Origin: Hydrolagus colliei
Lineage: Eukaryota
Direction of reading: 5' to 3'
Length of the DNA: 64,000 nt
Assembly: GCA_035084275.1 (NCBI GenBank)
Contig: CM068742.1
Span: forward strand, 37,386,001-37,450,000
The position numbers and the translations under genes are program-made. A model generated the notes under the pieces. It saw only the letters and a list, made by a program, of their open reading frames with translations. It did no database searches and was not told the origin of the DNA. Shown here in pieces: positions 1-11,458 of the stretch; within the stretch, counting starts at the first letter, position 1; each line of letters begins with the position of its first letter.

Positions 1-620
1 CCGGGAATCCGCTCCCCGAGCTGAAGCGATCAAAGCGGTGTGTGGGGTGGGAATGACGCTGTGCTGTAGGGGGTGGGGAGGGAGGCCAGCCCCGCTCCCC
101 ACCGTCTTCGCCCGACCTCAATTTCAAATTAACGACCACGAAGCCGCCTTGGCAGAGCGAGAGCAGCGAGAGCCACAGCGCAACAACAACAACAATTTAC
201 ATTTATAGAGCGCCTTTCACGTCAGGCCAGAGGCGACCCTCCCTCTCTCCCTCTCTGTCCCCACGACCTCCCAGGGTTAAGCTACGAACCTACACGTCCT
301 CCCCCGCGGCGGCTGTCACTCTGCTGTAAAAGAGCTGACAGTGGCTCCGCCGTCTCCTCAGCGTAGCCTCGTGCCGGCGTCACGTTATCACCGCCAACCG
401 CCGGCGCTGCGTGCCGTGCCGTGACGTTAAAACGCACGCACTTTGCCCCCCCACTCCTCCACTCCACCCGCGTCTCCTCGCCACCCACGACAAAATCACG
501 TGACTCTGTGCCGAGGGGGGGGGGGGGTGACTGGCCCCGGTCTTGGCTCCTCCCCCTCGGCTTCAAACCCAAGTCGGCGGTTCCTGTGGTTTTTGTTCAA
601 AACGCCAACTTCAGGCCGTA
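1..620. promoter_or_regulatory. CpG-island / promoter-like region of an unidentified neighbouring gene
   Basis: High GC with abundant CpG, unlike the CpG-depleted bulk; E-box ATCACGTGAC at 495-504; TGACG (CRE half-site) motifs near 378-383 and 422-426; GC/GT-box-like runs. Confidence 0.6.
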
Positions 621-645
621 TTTCATTTATATTATAGACATTTAA

Positions 646-1760
646 CCTCCTCTCCCCCTCCCCTCCCCCTCCCGCCTCCCCCCTCCCCGCCTCCCCCCTC
701 CCCGCCTCCCCTCCCCCTCCCCCTCCTTTCCTCTCCACTCCCCCTCCCTCCCGCCTCTCCTCTCCTCTCCCCCCTCCCCTCCTCTCCCCCTCCCGCCTCC
801 CTTCCTCTCCTCTCCCCCTCCCTCCCGCCTCCCCCCTCCTCTCCTCTCCGGCCCTCCCCTCCCCCCGCATCTCCCTCACCCTCCTCTCCCCCTCCCCTCC
901 CCCCGCATCTCCCCCTTCATCTTCCCCCCCCCTCTCTCCCCCTCCCCTCCTCACCTCCCCCTCCCCCCCCTCTCCCCCTCCCTCCCGACTCCCCGCCTCC
1001 CCTCCCCCCTCTTCTCCCCCTCCCCCGCATCTCCCTCCCCCTCCTCCTCCCCCCCTCCTCTCCCCCCTCGTCTCCCCCTCCCCCCTCCTCTCCCCCTCCC
1101 CCCGCATCTCCCCCTCCCCCCGCATCTCCCCCTCCCCTCCCCCCGCATCTCCCCCTCCCCCCGCATCTCCTCCCCCTCNNNNNNNNNNNNNNNNNNNNNN
1201 NNNNNNNNNNNNNNNNNNNNNNNNNNNNNNNNNNNNNNNNNNNNNNNNNNNNNNNNNNNNNNNNNNNNNNNNNNNNNNNNNNNNNNNNNNNNNNNNNNNN
1301 NNNNNNNNNNNNNNCCCGCATCTCCCCCTCCCCTCCTCCTCTCCCCCTCCCCTCCCCCTCCCCGCCTCCCCTCCCCCCGCATCTCCCCCCTCATGTCCCC
1401 CTTCATCTCCCCCTCCCCCCTCCTCCTCCCCTTCTCCCCCCTCCTCTCCCCCTACCCCTCCCCTCCCCCCGCATCTCCCCCTCCCCCCGCATCTCCTCTC
1501 CCCCTCCCCTCCCCCCGCATCTCCCCCTCCTCTCCTCCTCTCCCCCTCCCCCCCCCCCGGCATCTCCCCCTCCCCTCCCCCCGCATCTTCCCCCTCATCT
1601 CCCCCTTCATCTTCCCCCCCCCCCCTCTCTCCCCCTCCCCCCCTCCTCTCCCCCTTCCCCTCCCCCCTCCCCCCGCATTCCCCCCTCCCCCCTCATCTCC
1701 CCCTCCCCTCCCCCCTCCTCTCCGCCTCCCCTCCCCCCGCATCTCCCCCTCCCCCCTCAT
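646..1760. repeat. C-rich polypyrimidine minisatellite (unit ~CCCCCGCATCTCCCCCT), containing an assembly gap at 1179-1314
   Basis: Degenerate tandem unit directly visible; source of the spurious Pro/Gly-rich ORFs. Confidence 0.9.
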
Positions 1761-2150
1761 CACAACAACAACAAATTACATTTATAAAGCGCCTTTCGCG
1801 TCGGGAGGACGTCCCAAGACGCTGCACAGGAGGCGTGTGACCTGAGCTGGGAGGGGAGTGTTCGGGAAGGGGTGAAACACGTAGGGGAGGTCAAAAAGTT
1901 CGGGGGGGAACAAAAGGCACGGTCGAAGAGGAAAGTCTTCAAACCGGCCTTGAAAGAGGAAAGGGAAGAAACGAGACGGAGGGATTGGGGGATGGAATTC
2001 CATAGGGTGGGAGCGGAGAAACTGAAGGCCCGGCCTCCGATGGTGGGGCGGTTCGGGCGGGGGCTTGGAGCAGGGGGAAAGTAAGTCGGTTTTGGATGAC
2101 CTGCAGCCTGTGAATGGAGGAACTGGGGAGGCCGACGAGGAGAGAGTTTC
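1761..2150 (-). mobile_element. L2-clade LINE 3' fragment with (TTG)n tail
   Basis: Encodes PTIGGRAFSFSAPTLWNSIPQSLR...SFKAGLKTFLF, a typical L2 ORF2 C-terminus, plus NSLLVGLPSS; tail gtaatttgttgttg. Confidence 0.85.
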
Positions 2151-2910
2151 CCCCTCCCCCCGCATCTCCCCCTCCCCACCGCCCCTCCCCCTCCCCCCGC
2201 ATCTCCCCCTCCCCACCGCCCCTCCCCCCTCATCTCCCCCTCCCCGCCTCCCGTCCCCCCGCATCTCCTCACTCCTCCCCTCCCCCCTCATCTCCCCCTC
2301 CCCGCCTCCCCTCCCCCCTCATCTCCCCCTCCCCACTCCTCCCCTCCCCCCGCATCTCCCCCTCCGCACACCTCCCCACCCCCGTCATCTCCCCCTCCCC
2401 CCTCATCTCCCCCTCCACACCTCCCCTCCCTCCACACTCTCCTCCTTCCTCTCTCCATTCCCTCCTCCCCTCATCTCTCCCCTCCCTCCACTCTCTCCTC
2501 CCCTCCTTTCTCCACTCCCTCCTCCCTTCAATCCCTCCTCCCCTCCTCTCTCCCCTCCCTCCTCCCCTCCTCTCTCCCCTCCCTCCTCCCCTCCTTTCTC
2601 CACTTCCTCCTCCCTTCACTCCCTCCTCCCTTCACTCCCTCCTCCCCTCCTCTCTCTCCTCCTCTCCCTCTCTCTACCCTTCCCCCTCCCCCCACATCCC
2701 CTTCCCTCCTCTCCCTCTCTCTCCCCTCCCCCCACATCCCCCTCCTCTCTCCCCTCCCCTTCCCTCCATATCCCCCCTCCACTCCCTCTCCCTCCTCCAC
2801 TGCCTCCTCTCCACATCCCCTCACTCCCTCCTCTCTCTCTCTCCCCCTCCCTCCCCTCCCTCCACATCCCCTCCCCCCTCCCTACCCCCTTCCTCCCTCC
2901 TCTCCCTCTG
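2151..2910. repeat. C/T-rich low-complexity tract (same minisatellite grading into CCT/CT repeats)
   Basis: Direct inspection. Confidence 0.9.
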
Positions 2911-3269
2911 AAGACCTTTTTCTTACAATTTCAAAAGCACTGACTGAATCGTCCGCTCTGTTCTCCCCTCCCCCCCCTCTCTCTGGGAGGCCACCAGCAG
3001 GACTCTGGGCTCCTTGCCGTGGGGTTGCCTTTGCTCTGAAGGTCATTTGTGGTCAAGTGGTCGTTTCCCAGCCTTGGACTGTCATCGACGTCGACACTGG
3101 CCTCCACACCGGGCAGCGTCCCAGAACGAGAGACCCACAATGGCCAAGGAGAGGCGGAGAGAGAGAAAAGCTTGAAAAACGGAGAGGAAATGATCAAAAG
3201 CGAGAGGGTAAAAAGAGACGAGAGATAATAAAACAAAGGATGGCGCCTCCAGCAAAACAACCAAATGAC

Positions 3270-3532
3270 AGTGGGTTAGAGCACTGGCCTTCCAAGCGCA
3301 CCTGAGTTTCATCCTCAGCCAGGGCGAAATCTTGGGCAAGTTTCCTTCCTCCACACACCTGATAATAATCTCCCTAAAATAAACTGGTCATTTCAATCCA
3401 TGACTGTTTGTGGGACACTGTTCGCAGTTGGCTGCTGCGTTTCGCCAACAAATATACAGTACATTTTGTGAAACGATTTGAGACGTCTAGCAGACGTGAA
3501 AAGCGCTATATCAAATACAAGGATTATTATTA
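3270..3532 (+). mobile_element. tRNA-derived SINE (SINE2-1_CM-like)
   Basis: ggttagagcact head, gggcaagtttcct, ctgtttgtgggacac, tail gcgctatatcaaatacaaggattattatt. Confidence 0.8.
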
Positions 3533-4024
3533 AATTTGTAAAGCGCCTTTCAATTCAGGAGGGCGTCTCACGGCGCTGACCACAGCACACATTGAGTTCC
3601 AAGTCCCAACATGGGGTTCAAACTCGGAATGTTCTGTCTCCGAGGCAAGAGTGCTGCCAGGATGATTCATATCTTGCTCCTAGCAAAACACTGACTTAAC
3701 CTGAGGGACCACACCTATTACAAACATTGTGATGCAAAAACTATTAACTTTTATAAATTATTGACAGTGCACTACATGAAAAGCCCTATATCAAATGCAA
3801 GGGTTATTACAGTATTATGTATGTAATAATGATGTAGCTAATAATTATGAAAGAAGCACACAGAATTATAATAGCCTTCCATTTGAATGTAGCACCTTCA
3901 TCAGGCAGACATCTCAAAGGGAATCCAAAATCTTTTATCCAGCGGTAGGTAAGAACCCAATTGTTAAAGATCGGTAGATTCTGGGGACAGTAAACCCTCC
4001 CCCCACCCCCCCCCAAAAAAAACA

Positions 4025-4705
4025 TTCTGGTCACTCAATCCATGACTGTTTGTGGGACATTGTTATGCGCAATTAGCTGCCATGTTTCACCCACAAATCC
4101 GCTTTACTATATTTGGTTAAGTGCTTGGAGACATCTCAACAATGTGATAACAACAACAAAATTAATTTGGGGAGGGTGAAAGGAAAGGAGGGGATTTGGG
4201 GTGACCTATGGGACCGTCAAAGAGGAGGGTCTTAAGGCGGCCAGGATGGGGGCGAGTCGGAGGGACTGCGGGATGGAGTTCCAGGATGGGGGCAGAGTGG
4301 CTGAAGGCTCATCCGCCAATGGTGGAGCGGGTGGGTCGGGGAACATAGAGCAGGCCGGAGCCTGCTGAGCCGAGGGGGCGGGCAGGTTGGTAAGGGATAA
4401 ACAACAACAACAAAATTACACTTGTATAGCGCCTTTCACGTCAGGAGGATGTCCAAGGCGCTGTACAGTCAATGTTTCAGACCCGAGCTGGGGACGAGGG
4501 GTGGGGAGGGAAGTGGGGGATTAGGAGTTGCTGATGGGACCATCGAATAGGAGAGTTTTGAGGCGGGACTTGAAGGAGGCCAGGGAGGGCGGGGTGGAGT
4601 TCCAGAGGTTGGGGGCAGAGTGACTGAAGGCTCGCCCGCCAGTGGTGGGGCGGATGGGTTGGGTCATGGAGCAGGCCGGAGCGCTATATCGAAGGCAAGG
4701 ATTTT
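4025..4705. mobile_element. SINE 3' part (+) interrupted by two tandem L2 3' fragments (-) at about 4150-4680
   Basis: SINE tail is split at ...aatgtgataa / gcgctatatcgaaggcaagg; each insert starts with caacaacaaaatta. Confidence 0.75.
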
Positions 4706-6844
4706 GTTTAGGATTGTAAAGCGCAGACACTATTTGAAGATGAATGAGGCAGCCCATTTACAAATAGAAATGGACTATTAATGCAATACATAGATTGATA
4801 GCAGAATAATTTTATTTTTTATGCAATTCATGGGAATTACATTTGTGCCACTGATAATGTTATCTCAGATGTAATGTAACAAAGTTGTGCTGCTAGTCTT
4901 CAGATATTAAAGCGTCAGAAAGCATTGAACGCACAAATAGGCCAACAAAGACACTGTAACCGACATGAATGGCGCTCTCTGAATGTAATTGTGCTGTTGT
5001 TGTTTTAATATCCATCAAGCTACCTATTTAATCTCATATGGAAAAGATCCTCCTAATTACTCCCTTGGTCTCAAACATAATCAAACAGAACTCTAGAATA
5101 TTCATGTATTTTTGTTTTCAATCCCGACTTGTTACCAAATAAGTTCCCTCTCCCAGCAGGAAATTCTACATGCAGAATATTTGATTGTCTCAGTCCACAC
5201 TTAATCCTATTATCCTCAATCTATTTCCCTTGGCACTCAACCAACTCCTTTTATTGGGAATTTATACTAACACTCCAAGGAACAAACTCAGATCGCTTGT
5301 CTAACTTGCAACTGATTTCATTTTAAACTTAAGGGCTGCCCTGGAGAGATGCTAAATGAAGGAGAAGATATCAGTCTCCAGGAAAATTGAGCCCTTGAGA
5401 AGCAGCAAAATGGAGGGCAGGATCAGGAGCATAGCAAGACTGATCATTTGTTCAAGACTTGCATACATTTATTTAAAAAAACTTGATAGTTATTTGACCC
5501 TGTTGTTAAAGCCCACAGATGACATTGAATGTTTGTCGAATAAAAAAGTTATGTGATTTTTCTATCGTCTTAAATGTACACAGGAATTCACAGAGCTTTA
5601 CTTTCAGATATGACATTTTTGCTGATTTTGCTGTGTTACCAGTGCCAGTATCTGTTAAACATATTGTCCTCTGAAAATGACTGCATTATTTAGATAATTG
5701 TCCACCACAGTATTTATTGGTCCTCTTCATTCCACAAGCAATAACACTGAACTAAAATTAATGACCAGTAGACTGAAAGATTTAGTTCACAGAATCAATT
5801 TTTTTTGCATATCTGCAGTTTTGTAAAGATGATGATTCCTCATAAAAGAGTGCAATATGTACTTGTACCTTTTATTGATTTCAGAAGACCTGATGTGGAA
5901 TTACAAGTAACTGCTCGCAACATTGTCAAACATGCTGCACATACATTTTCTTTATTTCATTTGTTCATCAGCATTTCATTCACTCTGGATTATACTTGCC
6001 TTCAGTAAATTACTGAAAAGCTTCTAGGGAGAGGACATTCGTCAATTCAAATGTATCTTTGCTGCAATAAACAGCAGTGCAGAGGACATATCCATATTGA
6101 ATGAGGCAATGTCTGGAGGCTTTGTGGAAATGTGGTCTATTTGGGAATTCATGCCTTTCTGCTATATGGAGCATCTACCCTGCATTAATAACTCAGTGGT
6201 ATTCTCACAGTAGTATCCCCACACTGTAGTTCTGACGCCTGGCGTTCTTAAGCTGATGACCTTCAGTAAGCTGTTAGGCTGGTTGCTGATTTATTAAGGA
6301 CAAATTAAAATGTTATACTGCATATTAGTAGCTTGTTCTATAGGAACATGAGTGCCTGGGGGAGTATTAATTCATGCATTCTATGCTGTGTTGAAGATTC
6401 CTAGTCGTTTCCGTGCACCAGATGACAATTACGAACATTTCGTATTATCAGTTCGCGGTTTTATGTTTTTTTTCAGATGCTGAAATGTGACTTTAGATGC
6501 CATAGATTAGATGTAGTTGTAGTCCAATTGAAAATTTAAATCAGGTGATGAAAATCAATACCTTGTTTAAAATATGTTCAATACATTATGGAAAGAGAAT
6601 ATCCTAAAAGATGAAGTTGTGGTGAAATAGTACACAAGAATTATCAGTGTCATATCGAGAAAATAGACTACTATGTGGTCAATGGGTAAATAAATGTCTT
6701 AATTATAATCTTCCTAGTTTCCTACACTTATTCAAACAAAATTAGCTTTAGTGAAAGCAAAAATCACTGGGAACACTCAGCAGGTCAGGCGACATCTATG
6801 GAGAAAGGAAAGTGAGTCAGTTTCTAGGTCACAACCCTTTGTCG

Positions 6845-7190
6845 GGCTCCACTGGCTCCCCATCGGAACGGATCGACTTCCAATATCCTCATAGTTAAAT
6901 CCCTTCATTGTCTGGTACATCCGTAGCTTTCCCACCTCGCTCCCCAATCCATTACCGGCACCTCTGCTCGACTGGCACCGTCATCCTGCTCATCCCTCAC
7001 ACCCTCCAACAACAACAACAAAATTACATTTGTATAGCGCCTTTCACGTCTGTAAAGCTCCACAGCATTAGAGGTCGTGCTTTCAACCACTACGCCCCCA
7101 AACTCTTGAATGCTCCCCCTCAATCCCTCCATCTTGCCCTCTCGCCTTTTTTCACATCCCGCCTATAAGCCTTCCACTTCTCCCCGCACT
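6845..7190 (+). mobile_element. Older L2 fragment with a short antisense L2 tail inserted at about 7008-7050
   Basis: ctccactggctccc (LHWLP); GRAFNHYAPKLLNA. Confidence 0.7.
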
Positions 7191-7904
7191 CCATCAGACA
7201 TCACACTTTTGTGACCTAATTTCAAATATTTAACTTTTTTTCATACTCTTCAAAAAAAAACATCGGCACAGTGCTGCTCAAACCTCAAATATCCTCTTTG
7301 AAAATGTAGCATCATTTTGACGGTTATTGAACTAAGATAAGTGGTAACTTTTATGAACATTGATGGAGGGTGGTGTAAGCACTCATCTTTCGTCAATAAA
7401 AATTCAGCAACTTCCTGGAATGTAAAATAAAACACACTAGAAAAACACCAAGAAATTGGCTTTGTCAACGGAAAAACATTTATAATCCATTAGCTGATTT
7501 TCCTTTAAAAAAAATAACATTTATTTTCTCTTCAGTCTATGCACGCCATATAATAATATCACCGGTGATTTGAAGCCTACTGCTTTCTCCAATGTTGGTC
7601 TGATCAACCACAAAGAGGAGAATTCCCATTAGGTATTACAGATGCAATTATACCATGAGGCTTAGCAGTGGGATTTAGCCCGGGGAATTGAGATTCTTTT
7701 TGTACCGATAATTGGAATGGATTTCCTAATTGTGAGAAAGGTAGTTGTAGGCTTACCCAGCTGAGGCCAAATTTCAAACTTTAAAAAAATCCTAACTGCA
7801 GTGCAGTGTGAGTGGCAAAGCCTTCGTAAAAACTCATAAAACAAATCTTTTAATCTATAATGTCCATTAAAAATAATATAGTTTTCAATGTCTCCTGCAA
7901 AAAT

Positions 7905-8240
7905 TTTTCAAATCCCTTCTCTGTTTGGCACCTCCGACCTCCGTCCGACCTCCCCAATCCACCACCCGGCGCCTCTGCTCGACTGGCATCAGCCTCCTGC
8001 TCATATCTTACACCCTCCGCCCAATCGGAAGTCTCGCTTTCAGCCACTACACCCCCAAACTCTGGAACGCTCTTCCTCAGTCCCTCCACCTTGACCCCTC
8101 TCTACCCTTTTTCAAATCCACCCTGAAAATCTTGCTTATGGTCGCCTCTTCCTCCAGCTCGGAGTCAGGCTCCGCCATTGGTAAGCGCTCATAGAAGCTA
8201 CCCTGCATGGAGGGTGCTATATAAGTGCAAGTTGTTGTTT
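7905..8240 (+). mobile_element. L2 3' fragment
   Basis: AFSHYTPKLWNALPQSL...FKSTLK; tail gcaagttgttg. Confidence 0.75.
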
Positions 8241-9189
8241 TGCAAAGCCCTTTAATGAAGGATTACAACAAAACAACAACAAACAACACAATATACATTT
8301 ATCCCGTCTTTCACGTCCGGAGGACATCCCAAGGCACTGAACAGTTAGATTAATGAAAGATTAAGGGCTAGTTCTAATTGCTTTTAACACTTAGCCCCAA
8401 ACTACATATAAACGGGGATATTAATTACCATTGATTTGTAACTGATGTATATTAAATGTCATCAGTCTTCTTAAGCCCTGTAGGCAATCAGAAAATGTGT
8501 GAAATATATAGTACTTGTATTTTCTTCTTATATCGCATATGTCAGCCACACAAACAATATTTTTTTCATCCAAATTTTATATATTTAAAATAATTGGTTG
8601 CATGATCAGTTGCACATATATTGAGGGTCATATATTACAAAATAACATACTTTAACCCAGCTGTCAGATTAGGCAGCCTGAATTTAGGGTTATTATCTTC
8701 AACAATTGCTCCAAAGTGTGTAAAACAAAATCCTACATATTATGTTCTAACATTTGGATAACGTTAAGAGAAAATATCTAATGTTTTGCTTGAAAAATGT
8801 ATTTCTCAGCTAAACATCAGAACAAGTGTTGATATCTGTAATTTGCAACTCATGAAAGGCACAAAACAAACGTTTCTTGTCAAACAGGATGAAAATAGAC
8901 TTGAAAGATCTTTTACTTTTTCCTCCTCTCCCCAAATATATACACTCGATAAAATATGCATTCAGTATAGTACCTATCCCATAGGACAACACCAAGGGCT
9001 TTAACACCAGATCAGGGAATGTTAAGGCTACAATTATAGAATTCATGTGAAAGGCGCTATACAAATGTAATTTTGTTGTTGTTTATGTTCATCACTAGTC
9101 CTCCAAAGGAAAAGCATTTTATTTCTTGAAACCACAAGTTTGGAAGACAAAATAAATATTTGTATTCAAAATATTAAATACTGTACACT

Positions 9190-9540
9190 ACTGATGTCAG
9201 TCCAACATCAGTAGTGGGGAAACTTCTAGAGACTATAATCAGGGGCAAGATAGATCTTCATTTAGAAATAAATACATTGGTTAATAAAGGACAGCTAACA
9301 TGAATTTGTTAAAGGCAAATCTTACCTGACAAATCTGATAAGAGTTTTTTGATGAGGTAACGGAATGGGTGGATGAGGGTAATGCAGTTGATGTCGTTTA
9401 TATGGACTTTCAAAGGGCATTTGACAAAGTGCCACATAAAAGGCTTATAAGGGAAATAGAAGCCCACGGCATTAAAGGGATAGTGACAGCATGGATCCTG
9501 AACTGGCTGGGAAACAGAAAGCAGAGAGTTGTGGAACATA
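9190..9540 (+). mobile_element. CR1 LINE reverse-transcriptase fragment
   Basis: DEGNAVDVVYMDFQRAFDKVPHKRL...WILNWLGNRKQRVV is a CR1 ORF2 RT signature; frameshifted. Confidence 0.88.
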
Positions 9541-9644
9541 GAGAATACGGCACCATTTGTATGTTTGGATTTGCTTAGCTAACACACAAGCATCAAAATC
9601 GACTAAATTTCTCTTAAAAAAAACTATGGGACATCCTCCCAACA

Positions 9645-10358
9645 TGAACAACCACAACAAAATTGAACTTATATAGCGCTTCCGCATCGGGAAAGTGCTG
9701 AACAGTCAGGTCGGAACCCGACCAGGAGGGGGGGGTGTCGCAGTAGGGGGAAGGGGAAGGAGAGTGGGAGAGGGAGAAGAGTTAGTGGGGCAGCCGCAGG
9801 CACGGTCGAAGAGGAAGGTATTGAGACCGGCCTTGAAGGAGGAAAAGGAGGAAGCAAGGCGGAGGGGCTGAGGGGTGGAGTTCCACAGTGTGGGAGCAGA
9901 GAGGCTGAAAGCCCCGCCGCCGATGGTTGGGCGGTTAGGGCGGTGGACACGGAGCAGGCCTGAGTCTGCTGAACGGAGGGTGCGGGCAGGCTGGTAGGGA
10001 GACAGTAGGTCAGAGAGGTAGGCGGGGGCAAGGCCGTGAATGGCCTTGAAAGTGAGAACAGTGATCTTGAATTCGATCCTCTGGGTGACGGGGAGCCAGT
10101 GGAGACGGGCGAGGGTGGGAGTGATGTGGTCGCGAGAGGTGGAGAGAACAGCCTTGAATGCTGATGTTGCCAGCGCCTGAGATGCAGAGGCGCTGACACG
10201 AGCCAATCAGGAGGGCCTCCATCTTGTTGACGTTTAGTTGGAGGAAATTGTCCCTCATCCAGGACACAATGTCGGACAGACATGCAGTCAGAATGCCTAG
10301 AGTCGCGGGTGGAAGTGAAATGGTAGAGTTGGAGGTCATCCGCATACATGTGGAAATT
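9645..10358 (-). mobile_element. L2 LINE 3' portion including the RT YADD motif
   Basis: FHMYADDLQLY; LSDIVSWMRDNFLQLNVNKMEALLIG; DHITPTLARLHWLPVTQRIEFK; GGAFSLSAPTLWN; internal deletion and frameshifts. Confidence 0.9.
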
Positions 10359-10361
10359 TAC

Positions 10362-10600
10362 TAAGGCAGGGCAAAACCTTAGGCACGTTTCCTTACTATA
10401 CATGCCTAATAATAATCCCTTTAAAAAAAATTGTCATTTCAGTCCACAACTGTTTGTGGGATACTGCTGTGCGCAATTGGTTGTGCATTTTCGCCCACAA
10501 ATATACAGTCAATTCACTTTATAGTATGTTCTGTGAAGTGCTTTGAGATGTCTGGAAGATGCGAAAAGCGCTATATCAACATTATTTTATTATTATTATA
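10362..10600 (+). mobile_element. SINE, 5'-truncated
   Basis: gcagggcaaaac...ctgtttgtgggatactgctgtgcgcaattgg...attattatt. Confidence 0.8.
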
Positions 10601-11452
10601 CAATTTGAAGCACCTAACTGAGATTTTTAACCTGATCCAATTGCAATTCAACTTCACTGTCTATCTTTACATCTACCCAACCAGAAAGTTATTTGCCAGA
10701 TGCTAAACTCATTTTTTTTAAAATCTACCATATCTAATTCAGTCGTAAAGTAGATTTTACAAGCCCAAGAGAAAGATTTTTTTTAAAAAAGGAAACAAAA
10801 CATTGCTTTACATTTAATGGGCCAAGCATGTTCAGTTAAGACATTTGCAAACACAGTCAATGCTAGAGGACAGTCATTAAATAAGACTAGGAAGGATGAA
10901 GAAAACAAGGCAAAATAAACAAGAAAAATATTTTGAAAAAGAATCTGTCAAGCCACAATGCATAGAATGCAAATATCTTGACATTGAATTAATGGAAATA
11001 GATTTGCAAATACAATTGAAAAAATTTCAATCAATTATTGTGTATATAAGTACTTAAGAATATTATAGAGAATGGGAAAGGCCTTCAGAAAAAGGCCATT
11101 TGATTGAATTTAACCCTGCTTTTTACCTGCGATATTCCTAAAATCCTCCACTTCCCAGAAGTCCATTCAATTGATGCACAATTGATTTTTCATGTTCACT
11201 GTATGCTCCACAAATATCTTTTCAATTATACTGTATGTAGTTGGAACTGCCAGATAAACGTTCTGTATTGCAACACTTGCTTCAATCGTTTTAAAGTCAA
11301 TAATGCTAAATTAAAATTATAAAGTTGAAACTGTAGCTCTCTAACAAAACTAGATATATGAAATTATAGTATGTAGAAAAGTAAAGAATTTTAAAGTTGA
11401 AAATTTTAAACCGGTGCGAAACCATCAAGACTGCAAGTTGTCAATAAAAGTA

Positions 11453-11458
11453 TTTATT
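11453..11458 (-). terminator. Candidate distal polyadenylation signal (AATAAA) of MCC
   Basis: tttatt on the + strand; GT/T-rich sequence follows on the - strand (cttgatggtttcg...tttaaaattttc). Confidence 0.5.

Noticed and set aside
1-60. Minus-strand peptides RFDRF (REEP5-like) and ERIPG (DCP2-like)
   Set aside because: Similarity does not extend; no suitable ATG, and the ERIPG frame has an in-frame TGA just upstream.
2065-2110. SVLDDL in ORF 2065, resembling the DCP2 N-terminus
   Set aside because: It is the antisense reading of an L2 fragment (LQVIQN on the other strand).
496-2943. Long Pro/Ser-rich or Gly/Glu/Arg-rich ORFs (up to 414 aa)
   Set aside because: Stop-free translations of C-rich low-complexity DNA, some read through N gaps; open in several frames on both strands.
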